The notes under the pieces were generated by a model. It was not told where the DNA came from, ran no database searches, and saw only the letters and a program-made list of their open reading frames with translations. The position numbers were made by a program, and so were the translations under genes. A stretch of DNA of 12,264 nt from Candidatus Methylomirabilia bacterium (lineage in GTDB: Bacteria; Methylomirabilota; Methylomirabilia; Rokubacteriales; CSP1-6), in assembly GCA_041492755.1 (NCBI GenBank), contig JBGPXN010000139.1, forward strand, positions 1 to 12,264. The letters run 5' to 3'. Every line of letters starts with the position of its first letter. The stretch's first letter is position 1. Shown piece after piece: positions 1 to 7,782 of this stretch.

Positions 1-6
1 GTTCAT
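1..6 (-). CDS. 5' end of a gene running off the left edge (Met-Asn...), product unknown
   Basis: Minus strand reads AAGGAGaagacggcATG AAC: strong SD followed by ATG at 6..4. Confidence 0.5.
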
Positions 7-98
7 GCCGTCTTCTCCTTATTGATCACACCGTGTTGTGCTTGCTCAGGGCGAGCTCGAGCGTACGATCCCGTCGATTTCAGCGAGCGCGATCGCGT

Positions 99-140
99 CT
101 AGCCGCGTAGCGCAGCCTTCTTCTTCAGCTCGGGGATGAC
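99..140 (-). pseudogene. Probable C-terminal relic of a deleted gene (VIPELKKKAALRG*), LLM-class oxidoreductase-like ending
   Basis: Manual translation just after the Gfo stop; 'VIPEL' resembles the '..EVIPEL' ending of luciferase-like monooxygenases. Only 13 aa. Confidence 0.3.
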
Positions 141-144
141 GCTC

Positions 145-1239
145 TCACGCGCCCGTCGGGTGGAATGGGAGCTTCACCGTCTCGCCCGTCCGCGCCGAGT
201 GCTCGATGGCGAGCGTGACCTCCAGCGTGAGCCGGCCCTCGTGCGCGGTCGTATGCGGGCACGGACGTCCGGTCACGAGGTGATCGAGCCACGAGCGCGT
301 CTCGTTGGCGACGGGCCCCCAGTAATCGCCGACCGCCCAGTCCCCCGACGAGTTGCTCTGCATGAACAGCATCTTGGCGGCGTGATCTGGCACGTACGCG
401 TGCGGCACGCCCCGGTCGGTGAAGAGCACGCTGTCCTTGTTGTCCATGTCGAGCAGGATCACACCCTCGGTCCCGAGGACTTCGACGCGGGCGCTCTGGC
501 CGTAGGTCGGATACTGCGCGGGCAGGATGTAGCAGACGCCGAGGTTCACGACCGCGCCGTCCTCGAACGTGATGATCGTCCACGTCACGTCCTGCGCGGA
601 GTAGCCCATCTCCTTGAAGATCTTGGCCTGGCCCCGGGCCACGACCTCGACCGGGTGGTTGCCCTCGAGGAACCAGCACGCCATGTCCACGTAGTACGTG
701 AGGACGTCCAGGATCGGGCTGGCGTGGGGCGAGCGCTTGAGGATCTCGAACATCTGGGCCCGGCTGTTGTAGACGCGCGCCGTCGCGCCGACGATCTGCC
801 CGAGCCGGCCCCGGAGGATCTGCTCCTTGGCGAGCATGAAGCGGCGGTCGTGGCGCCGGGAGTAGCCGACGCGGATGTCCACACCCTTGCGATCGGCCGC
901 GGCCACGATCCGGTCCGCGTCCTCCAGCCTCAGCGCGAGCGGCTTCTCCACGAGGATCGGCTTGCCGGCCGCGATCGCCTGGAGCAGTGGCTCGGCGTGC
1001 TCGTGCTCGCTGGTGGAGACGATCACGGCGTCGACGTCGGGGTGACCGATGACGTCGAGATTGTTGCCCGAGAACAGGTGGGCGCCCACCTGGTTGGCGA
1101 GCGATTCGGCGCGCTGGGGGTCCTTGTCGGAGACGGCCAGGAAGCGGACGGAGGGGTGGCGGGACGCCATGTGGGCGCGCAGCGTCCCGATGCGGCCGGA
1201 GCCGACGACGGCGATACCGATCTCTCTGGGCTTCGCCAT
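145..1239 (-). CDS. Gfo/Idh/MocA family NAD(P)-dependent oxidoreductase
   Basis: N-terminal Rossmann motif IAVVGSGRIG, 'DVDAVIVST', family motif GKPILVEKPLA, 'VGYSRR'; 364 aa. Confidence 0.92.
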   Translation of the reverse strand: MAKPREIGIAVVGSGRIGTLRAHMASRHPSVRFLAVSDKDPQRAESLANQVGAHLFSGNNLDVIGHPDVDAVIVSTSEHEHAEPLLQAIAAGKPILVEKPLALRLEDADRIVAAADRKGVDIRVGYSRRHDRRFMLAKEQILRGRLGQIVGATARVYNSRAQMFEILKRSPHASPILDVLTYYVDMACWFLEGNHPVEVVARGQAKIFKEMGYSAQDVTWTIITFEDGAVVNLGVCYILPAQYPTYGQSARVEVLGTEGVILLDMDNKDSVLFTDRGVPHAYVPDHAAKMLFMQSNSSGDWAVGDYWGPVANETRSWLDHLVTGRPCPHTTAHEGRLTLEVTLAIEHSARTGETVKLPFHPTGA

Positions 1240-1246
1240 GCGGGGC

Positions 1247-1252
1247 AGGATA
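1247..1252 (-). promoter_or_regulatory. Putative -10 box TATCCT of a leaderless Gfo/Idh/MocA transcript
   Basis: TATCCT lies 7 nt upstream of ATG 1239; no SD present. Confidence 0.45.
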
Positions 1253-1281
1253 CCCTACTCCGGTGACCAGGAGGTCCGCAC

Positions 1282-1677
1282 ATGACTGACGACCGTGCCG
1301 CGCGAGGCAAAGCGATTCGCGACGCCGCCTTCGGCAAGGCGGGCCTGGCCTCGTGGGCCGAGCTGAACGAGATCGCCCCCGTCCACGCCCAGGCCATTCA
1401 CGAGTACTGCTTCGGCACGATCTGGGACCGGCCCCATCTCGATCTCAAGATGCGCGAGCTGATCGTCATCGCGGCGGCGGCCGCGCAGGATCTTTCGGAA
1501 GAGGTGGAAGTCCACGTGCGCGGCGCGCTCAATCGCGGCGCCACGCGCGAGGAAGTGGTCGAAGCCATCGTGCAGTGCGCGCCCTACATCGGCTTTCCCA
1601 AGACCAACCACGCGCTCCGCGCGGCCAAGCGGATCTTCGACCAGTGGAGCACGCGCGAGGACTGGCGAGCGCTGTGA
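1282..1677 (+). CDS. Carboxymuconolactone decarboxylase (CMD/AhpD-like) family protein
   Basis: Motifs FGTIWDRPHLDLKMRELI, HVRGALNRGATREEVVE, PYIGFP; SD AGGAGG upstream; 131 aa. Confidence 0.9.
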   Translation: MTDDRAARGKAIRDAAFGKAGLASWAELNEIAPVHAQAIHEYCFGTIWDRPHLDLKMRELIVIAAAAAQDLSEEVEVHVRGALNRGATREEVVEAIVQCAPYIGFPKTNHALRAAKRIFDQWSTREDWRAL

Positions 1678-1680
1678 GCG

Positions 1681-1918
1681 GTCATCTTCCCGTCCGTCCC
1701 GCTCGGCGGCCCGGTGCACGCGGTCGTCATGAACGGCGAGAGCGGCAACGTGGACACCGTGCTGATCGCCGGCAAGGCGGTGAAGCGCGGCGGGGAGCTG
1801 ACGTTTCCAGCGACACGGATCGCGAAATTGAAGGAACGAGCTGCTGGCCTCGCGCGAGCGCGTGATGCGGAAGGGCAACTTCGTCTACGCGCCCACGCCG
1901 GCGGCGCCACGCTTCTAG
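1681..1918 (+). pseudogene. C-terminal relic of a metal-dependent amidohydrolase (SsnA/TrzA-like), frameshifted
   Basis: VIFPSVPLGGPVHAVVMNGESGNVDTVLIAGKAVKRGGEL is the typical terminal beta-sandwich; a shift near 1834 continues NELLASRERVMRKGNFVYAPTPAAPRF* (TAG 1916-1918). No catalytic barrel. Confidence 0.7.
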
Positions 1919-1967
1919 CGCCGCCACCGCCAGCGGTACGGCGGGATCGTGCTCTTCGTCGACCCCG

Positions 1968-2321
1968 TCAGGGCGACTCGGCGCGCGTCGCCGGTGCGAC
2001 GGTCGCGACGGAGCCGTCAGATGTGTCGAACCCGACCGGCACGAGGCCCGGGGCCGCTCGCGCCACGACCTCGGCGCAGTCGTCCCCGCCGCAGGCGAGC
2101 CAGATGACCTGCCCGCCCGCCCCCCGCGAGCTGTCGACGCTGGCAATCACGAGATAGGCGATCAGGATCACGCCCGCCACGACGAGCCCCGCGATGGCGA
2201 GCCCCGCCAGCACGTCCGCTTCCGCGTTCGCGGGCGCCGCGATCGTCACGGCGAGGGTCAGGGTAACGACGAGGGCGAGCAGCCGGAACGGCTCGGACCA
2301 CCGAGTGCGCGGATCAGTCAT
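1968..2321 (-). CDS. Hypothetical exported/membrane protein (117 aa)
   Basis: MTDPRTRWSEPFRLLALVVTLTLAVTIAAPANA (signal-peptide-like, AxA), then a hydrophobic helix and a CGGDDC motif; start trimmed to ATG 2321 because a -10-like box lies 7 nt upstream. Confidence 0.65.
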   Translation of the reverse strand: MTDPRTRWSEPFRLLALVVTLTLAVTIAAPANAEADVLAGLAIAGLVVAGVILIAYLVIASVDSSRGAGGQVIWLACGGDDCAEVVARAAPGLVPVGFDTSDGSVATVAPATRAESP

Positions 2322-2325
2322 GGAA

Positions 2326-2337
2326 GCTACTATCCCA
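2326..2337 (-). promoter_or_regulatory. TGGGATAGTAGC, extended -10-like element (copy 1)
   Basis: Exact 12-bp match to 2727-2738; GATAGT is 7 nt before ATG 2321. Confidence 0.5.
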
Positions 2338-2460
2338 CGCGACCTGCCGCCGGAACGAATATCCCGAGCGAAGGTCGGGCGGCGCCGGCGGAGGCTCAGG
2401 CCACGCCTTCGGTGGACTCCGAGAGCAGCGGCGAGTCGGCCCGGTAGACCTTGCCGGCCT

Positions 2461-2667
2461 TCAGCACGAACTCGGGTCGCAGCCGCTGGCTCGCCGCAAT
2501 CTGCGCGCCCAGGCCGCGCTCTTGTCGATACTGGACTGAACCGCGGCGATCTTCCCGTCGCGGATGCCGACGTCGTATCGGCCATCGACGTCCCGGGCCG
2601 GGTCGATGACCCGCCCGCCGCGCAACACGAGATCGAATGTCGGCAGGGCGAGCGGCGTCACCGTCAC
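2461..2667 (-). pseudogene. N-terminal relic of a dihydroorotase-like amidohydrolase/deacetylase
   Basis: FDLVLRGGRVIDPARDVDGRYDVGIRDGKIAAV is the classic N-terminal beta domain; similarity is lost before the 'PGxIDxHxH' metal motif and the ORF stops at 2461. Confidence 0.75.
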
Positions 2668-2726
2668 CGGCCCCGCCCGTGATTTCGTCGCGCTTCGCCG
2701 GGGCGTCGTTCGCTCTCTCACGGCGC

Positions 2727-2738
2727 GCTACTATCCCA
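2727..2738 (-). promoter_or_regulatory. TGGGATAGTAGC, extended -10-like element (copy 2)
   Basis: Identical to 2326-2337; GATAGT is 8 nt before the in-frame GTG 2721 of the amidohydrolase relic. Confidence 0.45.
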
Positions 2739-2821
2739 TGTGGGCCGCCGCGCCGCCAACGTCAACGCCGCCATCCTCGGCTTTCCCGGCACGCTCGGCG
2801 CCGCGTGAGCTCGTCGAGACT

Positions 2822-3217
2822 TCAATCCGGCGACTCGAAGTCCGAGGACTTGGCGGGCCGGAAGACGAGGTCGATGGCCAGCCACAGCGCTTTGGAGAAC
2901 GGGTAGAAGAGGATCGGCGTGAGCACCGTCTGGACCACCCCGGCGCCGACGATGAGCGTCCACGGAGGATCCGGCCACGTCGCCAGCACCGCGAGGCCGA
3001 GCAGGGCGGCGAACCCACCTTCGGTGACGATGAAGTTCAGCACGTAGGCGCCGAGCCAGTACTCGTCGCGCTCGTCGCGCTCGAACGACATCCCGCACAC
3101 CGCACAGCGCTCGTCGAGCTTGAACCACGAGCGCAGCATGGCTCCCTGCCCGCATGGTGGACAGCGCAACCTGACGGCGCGTGCGAGCAGGGTCAGAGGG
3201 GGTGGGGTCGAGACCAC
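2822..3217 (-). CDS. DUF983 family membrane protein with zinc-ribbon
   Basis: RCPPCGQG...F...ERCAVCG (two CxxC), two hydrophobic helices, 'PFSKALWLAID' ending; start set at GTG 3217 with TACCCT 6 nt upstream. Confidence 0.85.
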   Translation of the reverse strand: MVSTPPPLTLLARAVRLRCPPCGQGAMLRSWFKLDERCAVCGMSFERDERDEYWLGAYVLNFIVTEGGFAALLGLAVLATWPDPPWTLIVGAGVVQTVLTPILFYPFSKALWLAIDLVFRPAKSSDFESPD

Positions 3218-3399
3218 GGCGTGAGGGTACAGCGGCCGCGGCAAGAGGGCGCTACCGGGCTGATCACGTCGAAGGTCTCCCACATCGAACGGACCGTCCG
3301 TCCCCTCACTAGCCGCGGAACCGGCGTCGGTCCCTCGCGGGGAAGCCGGAGATCCGTGATCGCCCAGGCCGTCGTAGATCAAAGTGACGCTCGATGCCG

Positions 3400-3432
3400 G
3401 CCTGACACCGAGCGTACGCGCCTGACACCGAG
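3400..3432. repeat. Direct repeat GCCTGACACCGAG x2, 20-bp period
   Basis: Copies at 3400-3412 and 3420-3432. Confidence 0.75.
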
Positions 3433-3496
3433 TGGCCGAGAGTAAGTGCCAGCCGTGACTCGGGATTCGCCATCTTTGAAAAGTGGGACGGGAGTC

Positions 3497-3769
3497 ATGA
3501 TCATCATCCACGCCGACGAAACTACGCGTGCGCAGCGGCTCATCATCGTGCGGGCTGGGGCGGTCGACGTCTACGAGCGGGTCCGGGAGACGTTTGGCGG
3601 CCCGCCCGGGACACGGGTTCTCTACGACCGACGCAAGCCCAGGCCCACTGTGCAATGCAGCCCGGGCGACCGCCGATTCCCTCAAGACCCCACCATCCTG
3701 GCTTCGCGAGGATTCTTCGCCACTCGGGCTCGGCGCATCCCGTCCCAGGCGATGACGAACACCGCCTGA
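3497..3769 (+). CDS. Small hypothetical protein with 'LIIV..YER..F..DRR..DRR..LA.xG' domain (90 aa)
   Basis: GGGAG SD-like before ATG 3497; aligns by eye to the middle domain of 6912..7751. Confidence 0.7.
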   Translation: MIIIHADETTRAQRLIIVRAGAVDVYERVRETFGGPPGTRVLYDRRKPRPTVQCSPGDRRFPQDPTILASRGFFATRARRIPSQAMTNTA

Positions 3770-3825
3770 CTCGCCCGCCCGCAGGCCGCCGCGCGTCAAG
3801 CTGCGGGTAGCAGTCGCGCGTCCGG

Positions 3826-3939
3826 CTGAACGCCGGGCTGCACGGCGTCGGACCGTGGATGGAAGCGGCGGCATTCGGCCTCATCCCCGCCTACGCCGGG
3901 CCCGCGCTCTATGACGACCTGAGGCTCAACGCCAGGTGA
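3826..3939 (+). pseudogene. Probable C-terminal relic of a peptide ABC transporter substrate-binding protein
   Basis: LNAGLHGVGPWMEAAAFGLIPAYAGPALYDDLRLNAR* resembles, from memory, the 'GVGPRVEE..LGLI..Y..SAPYEDVRLK' tail of family 5 SBPs; no start or RBS. Confidence 0.45.
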
Positions 3940-3956
3940 ACAATGGGGGCTCCGCA

Positions 3957-3986
3957 TTGACAAGGCGACCCCCTCGGTGGTCCGAT
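3957..3986 (+). promoter_or_regulatory. Putative sigma70 promoter for the acyl-CoA synthetase operon
   Basis: Perfect TTGACA (3957-3962), 18-nt spacer, TG-g-TCCGAT (weak extended -10, 3981-3986), 9 nt before ATG 3996. Confidence 0.4.
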
Positions 3987-3995
3987 GGCGGGCGG

Positions 3996-5576
3996 ATGGC
4001 GAGCCTGACGGAGTACACGACCTACGCGGACGCCCACCGTCATTTCGCGTCCGCGGCCCTGTGGACGTTGTTCGACGGCGGCCGCGAGGCGCTGAACATC
4101 GCGCACGAATGCGTGGACCGGCACGCGCCCACCGGCCGCGTGGCCGTCCGCGTCGCGCACGCCGACGGACGCGACGAGGCCGTGAGCTTCCGCGAGCTGT
4201 CCGAATGGTCGTCGCGCTTCGCGCACTGGCTGGCCGCGCGCGGCATCGGGCCCGGTGACCGGGTCGCGATCATGCTGGAGCCGTCGCTCGTCTTCTACGC
4301 CGCGCTCTTCGGCGCCATCAAGCGGGGCGCCATCGCGGTGCCGCTGTTCACCCTGTTCGGTCCCGAGGGGGTGCGGCTGCGCGTCGAGGACTGCGGGCCA
4401 CGGCTGCTCGTCACGAATGCGGAGAAGGTCGAGACCGCGCGCGCCATCGCCGGCCTCGACGTGGTCGTGGCCGACGATGCATTGATGGCGGCGCTTGCTC
4501 CGCATCCCGCGCGCTACGAGGTGCGGAGCAAGCCGGACGACCTCGCGGTGTTCCAGTACACCTCGGGCACCACGCGGGAGCGGCCGGAAGCGGTGCGCCA
4601 CACCCACCGGGCCATCGTCGTGCTCATGGTTGCCGCGCTCTACGGCACGGGTATCCGGCCGGGCGACCGCTTCTTCTGTCCGTCCTCACCCGCGTGGGGG
4701 CACGGGCTCTGGCATGGCACGCTCGCGCCGCTGGCGCTCGGGCTGACGACGGGGACGCTGGCGGGGCAGTTCGAAGCCGCGCGGCTGCTCCGGGCGCTCG
4801 AGGAGTACGAGATCACCACCCTGTCCGCCGCGGCGACACACTTCCGGATGATGAAGAGCTCGGGCGAGGCCGGCCACCATCGCTACGCCATCCGCAAGCT
4901 CTCCTTCACCGGCGAGCCGATGGACGGCGCCACCCGCGCGTTCGCGGAGGCCACGTTCGGGGTGCCGGTGTGCAGCATGTATGGCACCACCGAAATCGGC
5001 GTGATCCTCGCGGATTATCCGGGCGCCGCCGACTACGTCGTCAAGCCGGGCGCGCTCGGCAAACCCGTGCCCGGCGTGCGCGTCGAGGTCCACGATCCGG
5101 AGGATAGGCCCTGCCCACCCAACGGGCTCGGCGAGATCAAGGTCTGGCGACGGAACGCGTGGTTTTCGACCAGGGATCGTGGCTCGGTGGACGAGGACGG
5201 CTACTTCCACCACGCCGGACGCGCCGACGACGTGATCATCTCGGCCGGCTGGACGATGAGCCCGGTCGAGATCGAGGATGTGCTCCTCGAGCACCCCGAC
5301 GTGCGGGAAGCCGCGGTCGTTGGGGTGGCCGACGCCCTGCGCGGCCAGGTCGTGAAGGCGTTCATCGTGAGCCCGCGCCCCGGCGACGAGTCCTTCGCGC
5401 GCGAGCTGCAAGTACTCACGCGGACCCGGTTGAGCCGACACGAGTACCCCCGGCACGTGGCGTTCGTGCCCGCGCTGCCCAAGACGCCGGCGGGCAAAGT
5501 CAACCGCAAGGCGCTACGGGACTCGGAGCCGGGCGCGGCATCGAACGGCGAGGTGGAGACGACCCGTGCCCGCTGA
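3996..5576 (+). CDS. Acyl-CoA synthetase (AMP-binding, ANL superfamily)
   Basis: LNIAHECVDRH, YTSGTT, YGTTE, GRADDVI, PVEIEDVLLEHP, LPKTPAGKVNR; 526 aa from ATG 3996. Confidence 0.93.
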   Translation: MASLTEYTTYADAHRHFASAALWTLFDGGREALNIAHECVDRHAPTGRVAVRVAHADGRDEAVSFRELSEWSSRFAHWLAARGIGPGDRVAIMLEPSLVFYAALFGAIKRGAIAVPLFTLFGPEGVRLRVEDCGPRLLVTNAEKVETARAIAGLDVVVADDALMAALAPHPARYEVRSKPDDLAVFQYTSGTTRERPEAVRHTHRAIVVLMVAALYGTGIRPGDRFFCPSSPAWGHGLWHGTLAPLALGLTTGTLAGQFEAARLLRALEEYEITTLSAAATHFRMMKSSGEAGHHRYAIRKLSFTGEPMDGATRAFAEATFGVPVCSMYGTTEIGVILADYPGAADYVVKPGALGKPVPGVRVEVHDPEDRPCPPNGLGEIKVWRRNAWFSTRDRGSVDEDGYFHHAGRADDVIISAGWTMSPVEIEDVLLEHPDVREAAVVGVADALRGQVVKAFIVSPRPGDESFARELQVLTRTRLSRHEYPRHVAFVPALPKTPAGKVNRKALRDSEPGAASNGEVETTRAR

Positions 5577-6711
5577 GACAACGGCCCTCTTTCCGAAGAT
5601 CACCGAGCACGCCCTCGACGACCTGCGCCGGCGGATCGGCGTCAAGATCACCGACACCCTGGAGCCCTGGTGTCACGAAGCGACTCGCGACGGCATCCGC
5701 CACTACGCCCACGGCATCGGCGACGACAACCCGCTCTGGTGCGATCCCGACTACGCCGCGGGCACACGCTGGGGTGGCATCATCGCGCCGCCCAGCTTCC
5801 TCTTCGCCGCGAGCCGCATCATCTCGGGCTACGTCGGCGGGCTGCCCGGGGTGCACGCCATGTGGGCGGGCGCGGACTGGCGCTGGCACCTGCCCGTGCG
5901 GCGCAACGACGCGATCTCGACCGAAGCGTGGCTCAAGGACCTGATCGAGCACCAGACGACGTTCGCCGGGCGCGCGATCCAGCAGATCTACCACGTCGAC
6001 TTCTACAATCAGCGCGGCGACCTGGTTGCCGGCGCCGACAGCTGGTGCTTCCGCACCGATCGCGACCTGGCGCGCGTGGAGGGCACGAAGTACACCGCCG
6101 TCAAGGCGGCGCCGGCGAAGCGCTACTCGGACGACGAGCTGGCCGACGTCTACCGGCTCTACGCCAACGAGGAGGTCCGCGGCGCCGTCCCCCGCGACTG
6201 GGACGACGTTCGCGAGGGCGAACGTCTGCCCACGATGGCGAAGGGCCCGATGACCGTCACCGGCTTCATCGCGTACGCCCAGGGCTGGGGCGGCCTCTAC
6301 ATTCGCGCGAACAAGCTCGCGTGGAAGCAGATCCACCGCCACGCCGGCCTCGGCATCAAGAACCGCTTCGGCATCCCCGACTGTCCCGAGCGGGTGCACT
6401 GGGAGCCCGAGTTCGCGACCATGGTCGGCGCGCCCGGCGCCTACGACTACGGCCCCGAGCGCTGTTCCTGGCTCACCCACCACTTGACCAACTGGATGGG
6501 CGACGACGGCTTCCTGCGCCAGGCCCAGTGCAAGATCCGCCGTCACAACCCCGAAGGCGACACGCTCCGCATCGACGGCGCCGTCGTGCGCAAGTTCGTG
6601 GAGGACGGTCGGCTCCTCGTCGAGATCGAGCAGGAAGCGCGCAACCAGGACGGCGAGCTCTCGGTGCTCGGGCGCGGCGTCGTGGAGCTTCCCGCGCGAG
6701 GCGCCGCATGA
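5566..6711 (+). CDS. Double hotdog-fold MaoC/FAS1-like acyl dehydratase
   Basis: 'IRHYAHGIGDDNPLWCDPDYA...WGGIIAPP' (MaoC N-terminal type), second half 'WDDVREGERLP...NWMGDDGFL...GDTLRIDG'; GAGGTGGAG SD; 11-nt overlap with the synthetase. Confidence 0.88.
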   Translation: MPAETTALFPKITEHALDDLRRRIGVKITDTLEPWCHEATRDGIRHYAHGIGDDNPLWCDPDYAAGTRWGGIIAPPSFLFAASRIISGYVGGLPGVHAMWAGADWRWHLPVRRNDAISTEAWLKDLIEHQTTFAGRAIQQIYHVDFYNQRGDLVAGADSWCFRTDRDLARVEGTKYTAVKAAPAKRYSDDELADVYRLYANEEVRGAVPRDWDDVREGERLPTMAKGPMTVTGFIAYAQGWGGLYIRANKLAWKQIHRHAGLGIKNRFGIPDCPERVHWEPEFATMVGAPGAYDYGPERCSWLTHHLTNWMGDDGFLRQAQCKIRRHNPEGDTLRIDGAVVRKFVEDGRLLVEIEQEARNQDGELSVLGRGVVELPARGAA

Positions 6712-6911
6712 GCGGGCGCACGCTGCGTTGTCACCATGGCATACAAGCTCGGCCGCCTCTCGCTCGTCGTCGGTGCTCCAGACCGCCCGTCTGCCCGTGA
6801 TTTCGCGGTCATGACCGTTGCGGCGCTCCGAAGCGTACGCGGCCTATTGCGCTCTTCTGACCGGATCAGCTATTCAAGAGAGTGACGCTTTGAAGAATAC
6901 AAGGCCCAACG

Positions 6912-7751
6912 ATGGCGAAGTGGCCGGCACCGAATAGCACCGCTGACCTAAGTGCGACTACGCGTGACGCCGTGACAGCGCTGGTGGGATTCCTGTGCCT
7001 GGCCGATGCCCCCAACGTGACTGCGGTTCAGCGGACCGAGTTCGCCGCGGCCGCCACCCGCCAGGCTCAGGCTCTCCGCAGCCAGTTCCCGGAAGCGCTC
7101 CTGATCATCGTTGCCCCAGAGCAGAGCTACTACGAGCGGCTGCGAGGCGTGTTCCCCGACGATGCCGAGGTAGAGATCATCGTTGACCGCCGCCAAGACG
7201 CGCGTCGCCGCGTCTGCGCGGCATGGCTCGTCGACCGCCGGCAGGCCGACCGGCGGCAACAGGAGATCGATCACGAGCTGGCCCGGCTGGGCGTGGCGCT
7301 GGTGCCACGGACCAAGGCAATGCCCGCGCCGGCCGCTGGGCAATCCCGTCCCGTCACGCCGGGGCACTGCCGGGTCCTGATCGTCGACGACGATCCGGCC
7401 ATCGTGCGGGTGCTTAGCAGCTACTTCGAGGGCAACAAGGAACGCTACGTCGTCGACACGGCGCTCAGCGGTGAAAAGGGGTTGACCGCCCTGACCGCCC
7501 ACCGCCCGGACGTCGTCCTGCTCGACATCACCATGCCGGGCATGAGCGGCCTCGAGGTGCTCAAGCGCATCCGCCGCCACGACACCAGCATCCCGGTCAT
7601 CATGGTGACCGCCGCGCCTCACCAGGAGACCAGCGAGGCCCTCCAGAACGGAGCCTTCGCCTACATTCCCAAGCCGTTCGACTTCCGCTACTTCGGTCAC
7701 CTGGTCAAGCTCGCGACCGAGCGGGGCTCGTCGACCCGACACCAGCGGTAA
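6912..7751 (+). CDS. Response regulator: C-terminal receiver domain preceded by a DRR-motif domain
   Basis: Receiver motifs VLIVDDD, LLDITMPGMSG (phospho-Asp), MVT, YIPKPF; no DNA-binding output domain; start uncertain. Confidence 0.85.
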   Translation: MAKWPAPNSTADLSATTRDAVTALVGFLCLADAPNVTAVQRTEFAAAATRQAQALRSQFPEALLIIVAPEQSYYERLRGVFPDDAEVEIIVDRRQDARRRVCAAWLVDRRQADRRQQEIDHELARLGVALVPRTKAMPAPAAGQSRPVTPGHCRVLIVDDDPAIVRVLSSYFEGNKERYVVDTALSGEKGLTALTAHRPDVVLLDITMPGMSGLEVLKRIRRHDTSIPVIMVTAAPHQETSEALQNGAFAYIPKPFDFRYFGHLVKLATERGSSTRHQR

Positions 7752-7769
7752 GCTCCGTCCCGCCCTCGC

Positions 7770-7775
7770 TACAAT
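7770..7775 (+). promoter_or_regulatory. -10 box TACAAT of the leaderless pssA relic
   Basis: TACAAT 7 nt upstream of GTG 7783. Confidence 0.55.
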
Positions 7776-7782
7776 GCCCTTC

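Noticed and set aside
136..1266. 376-aa plus-strand ORF and similar long antisense or alternate-frame ORFs (e.g. 4686..5456, 5500..6546, 5670..6800, 6948..8000, 8681..9547, 9400..10377, 11375..11914)
   Set aside because: They overlap well-supported genes and have no family motifs; expected shadows in GC-rich DNA.
1714..2157. 147-aa ORF as an intact gene
   Set aside because: Only the first ~40 aa are amidohydrolase-like; the rest is read-through after a frameshift.
3400..3432. Direct repeat as a mini-CRISPR or att site
   Set aside because: Only two 13-bp units with a 7-nt spacer; no cas or integrase gene nearby.
3218..3874. 5' extension of the 350-aa ORF 2822..3874
   Set aside because: DUF983 features are confined to the last ~130 aa; the extension is low-complexity and overlaps the DRR gene on the opposite strand.
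6852..6880. Imperfect hairpin CTCTT-CTGA...TCAG...AAGAG upstream of the response regulator
   Set aside because: Short interrupted stems, no U-tract, no recognisable riboswitch motif.
3383..6889. Short words shared upstream of both DRR genes (AGTGACGCT at 3383 and 6881; AGCGTACGCG at 3411 and 6832)
   Set aside because: Order and spacing differ between the two regions, and 9-10-mer matches can arise by chance at this GC content.
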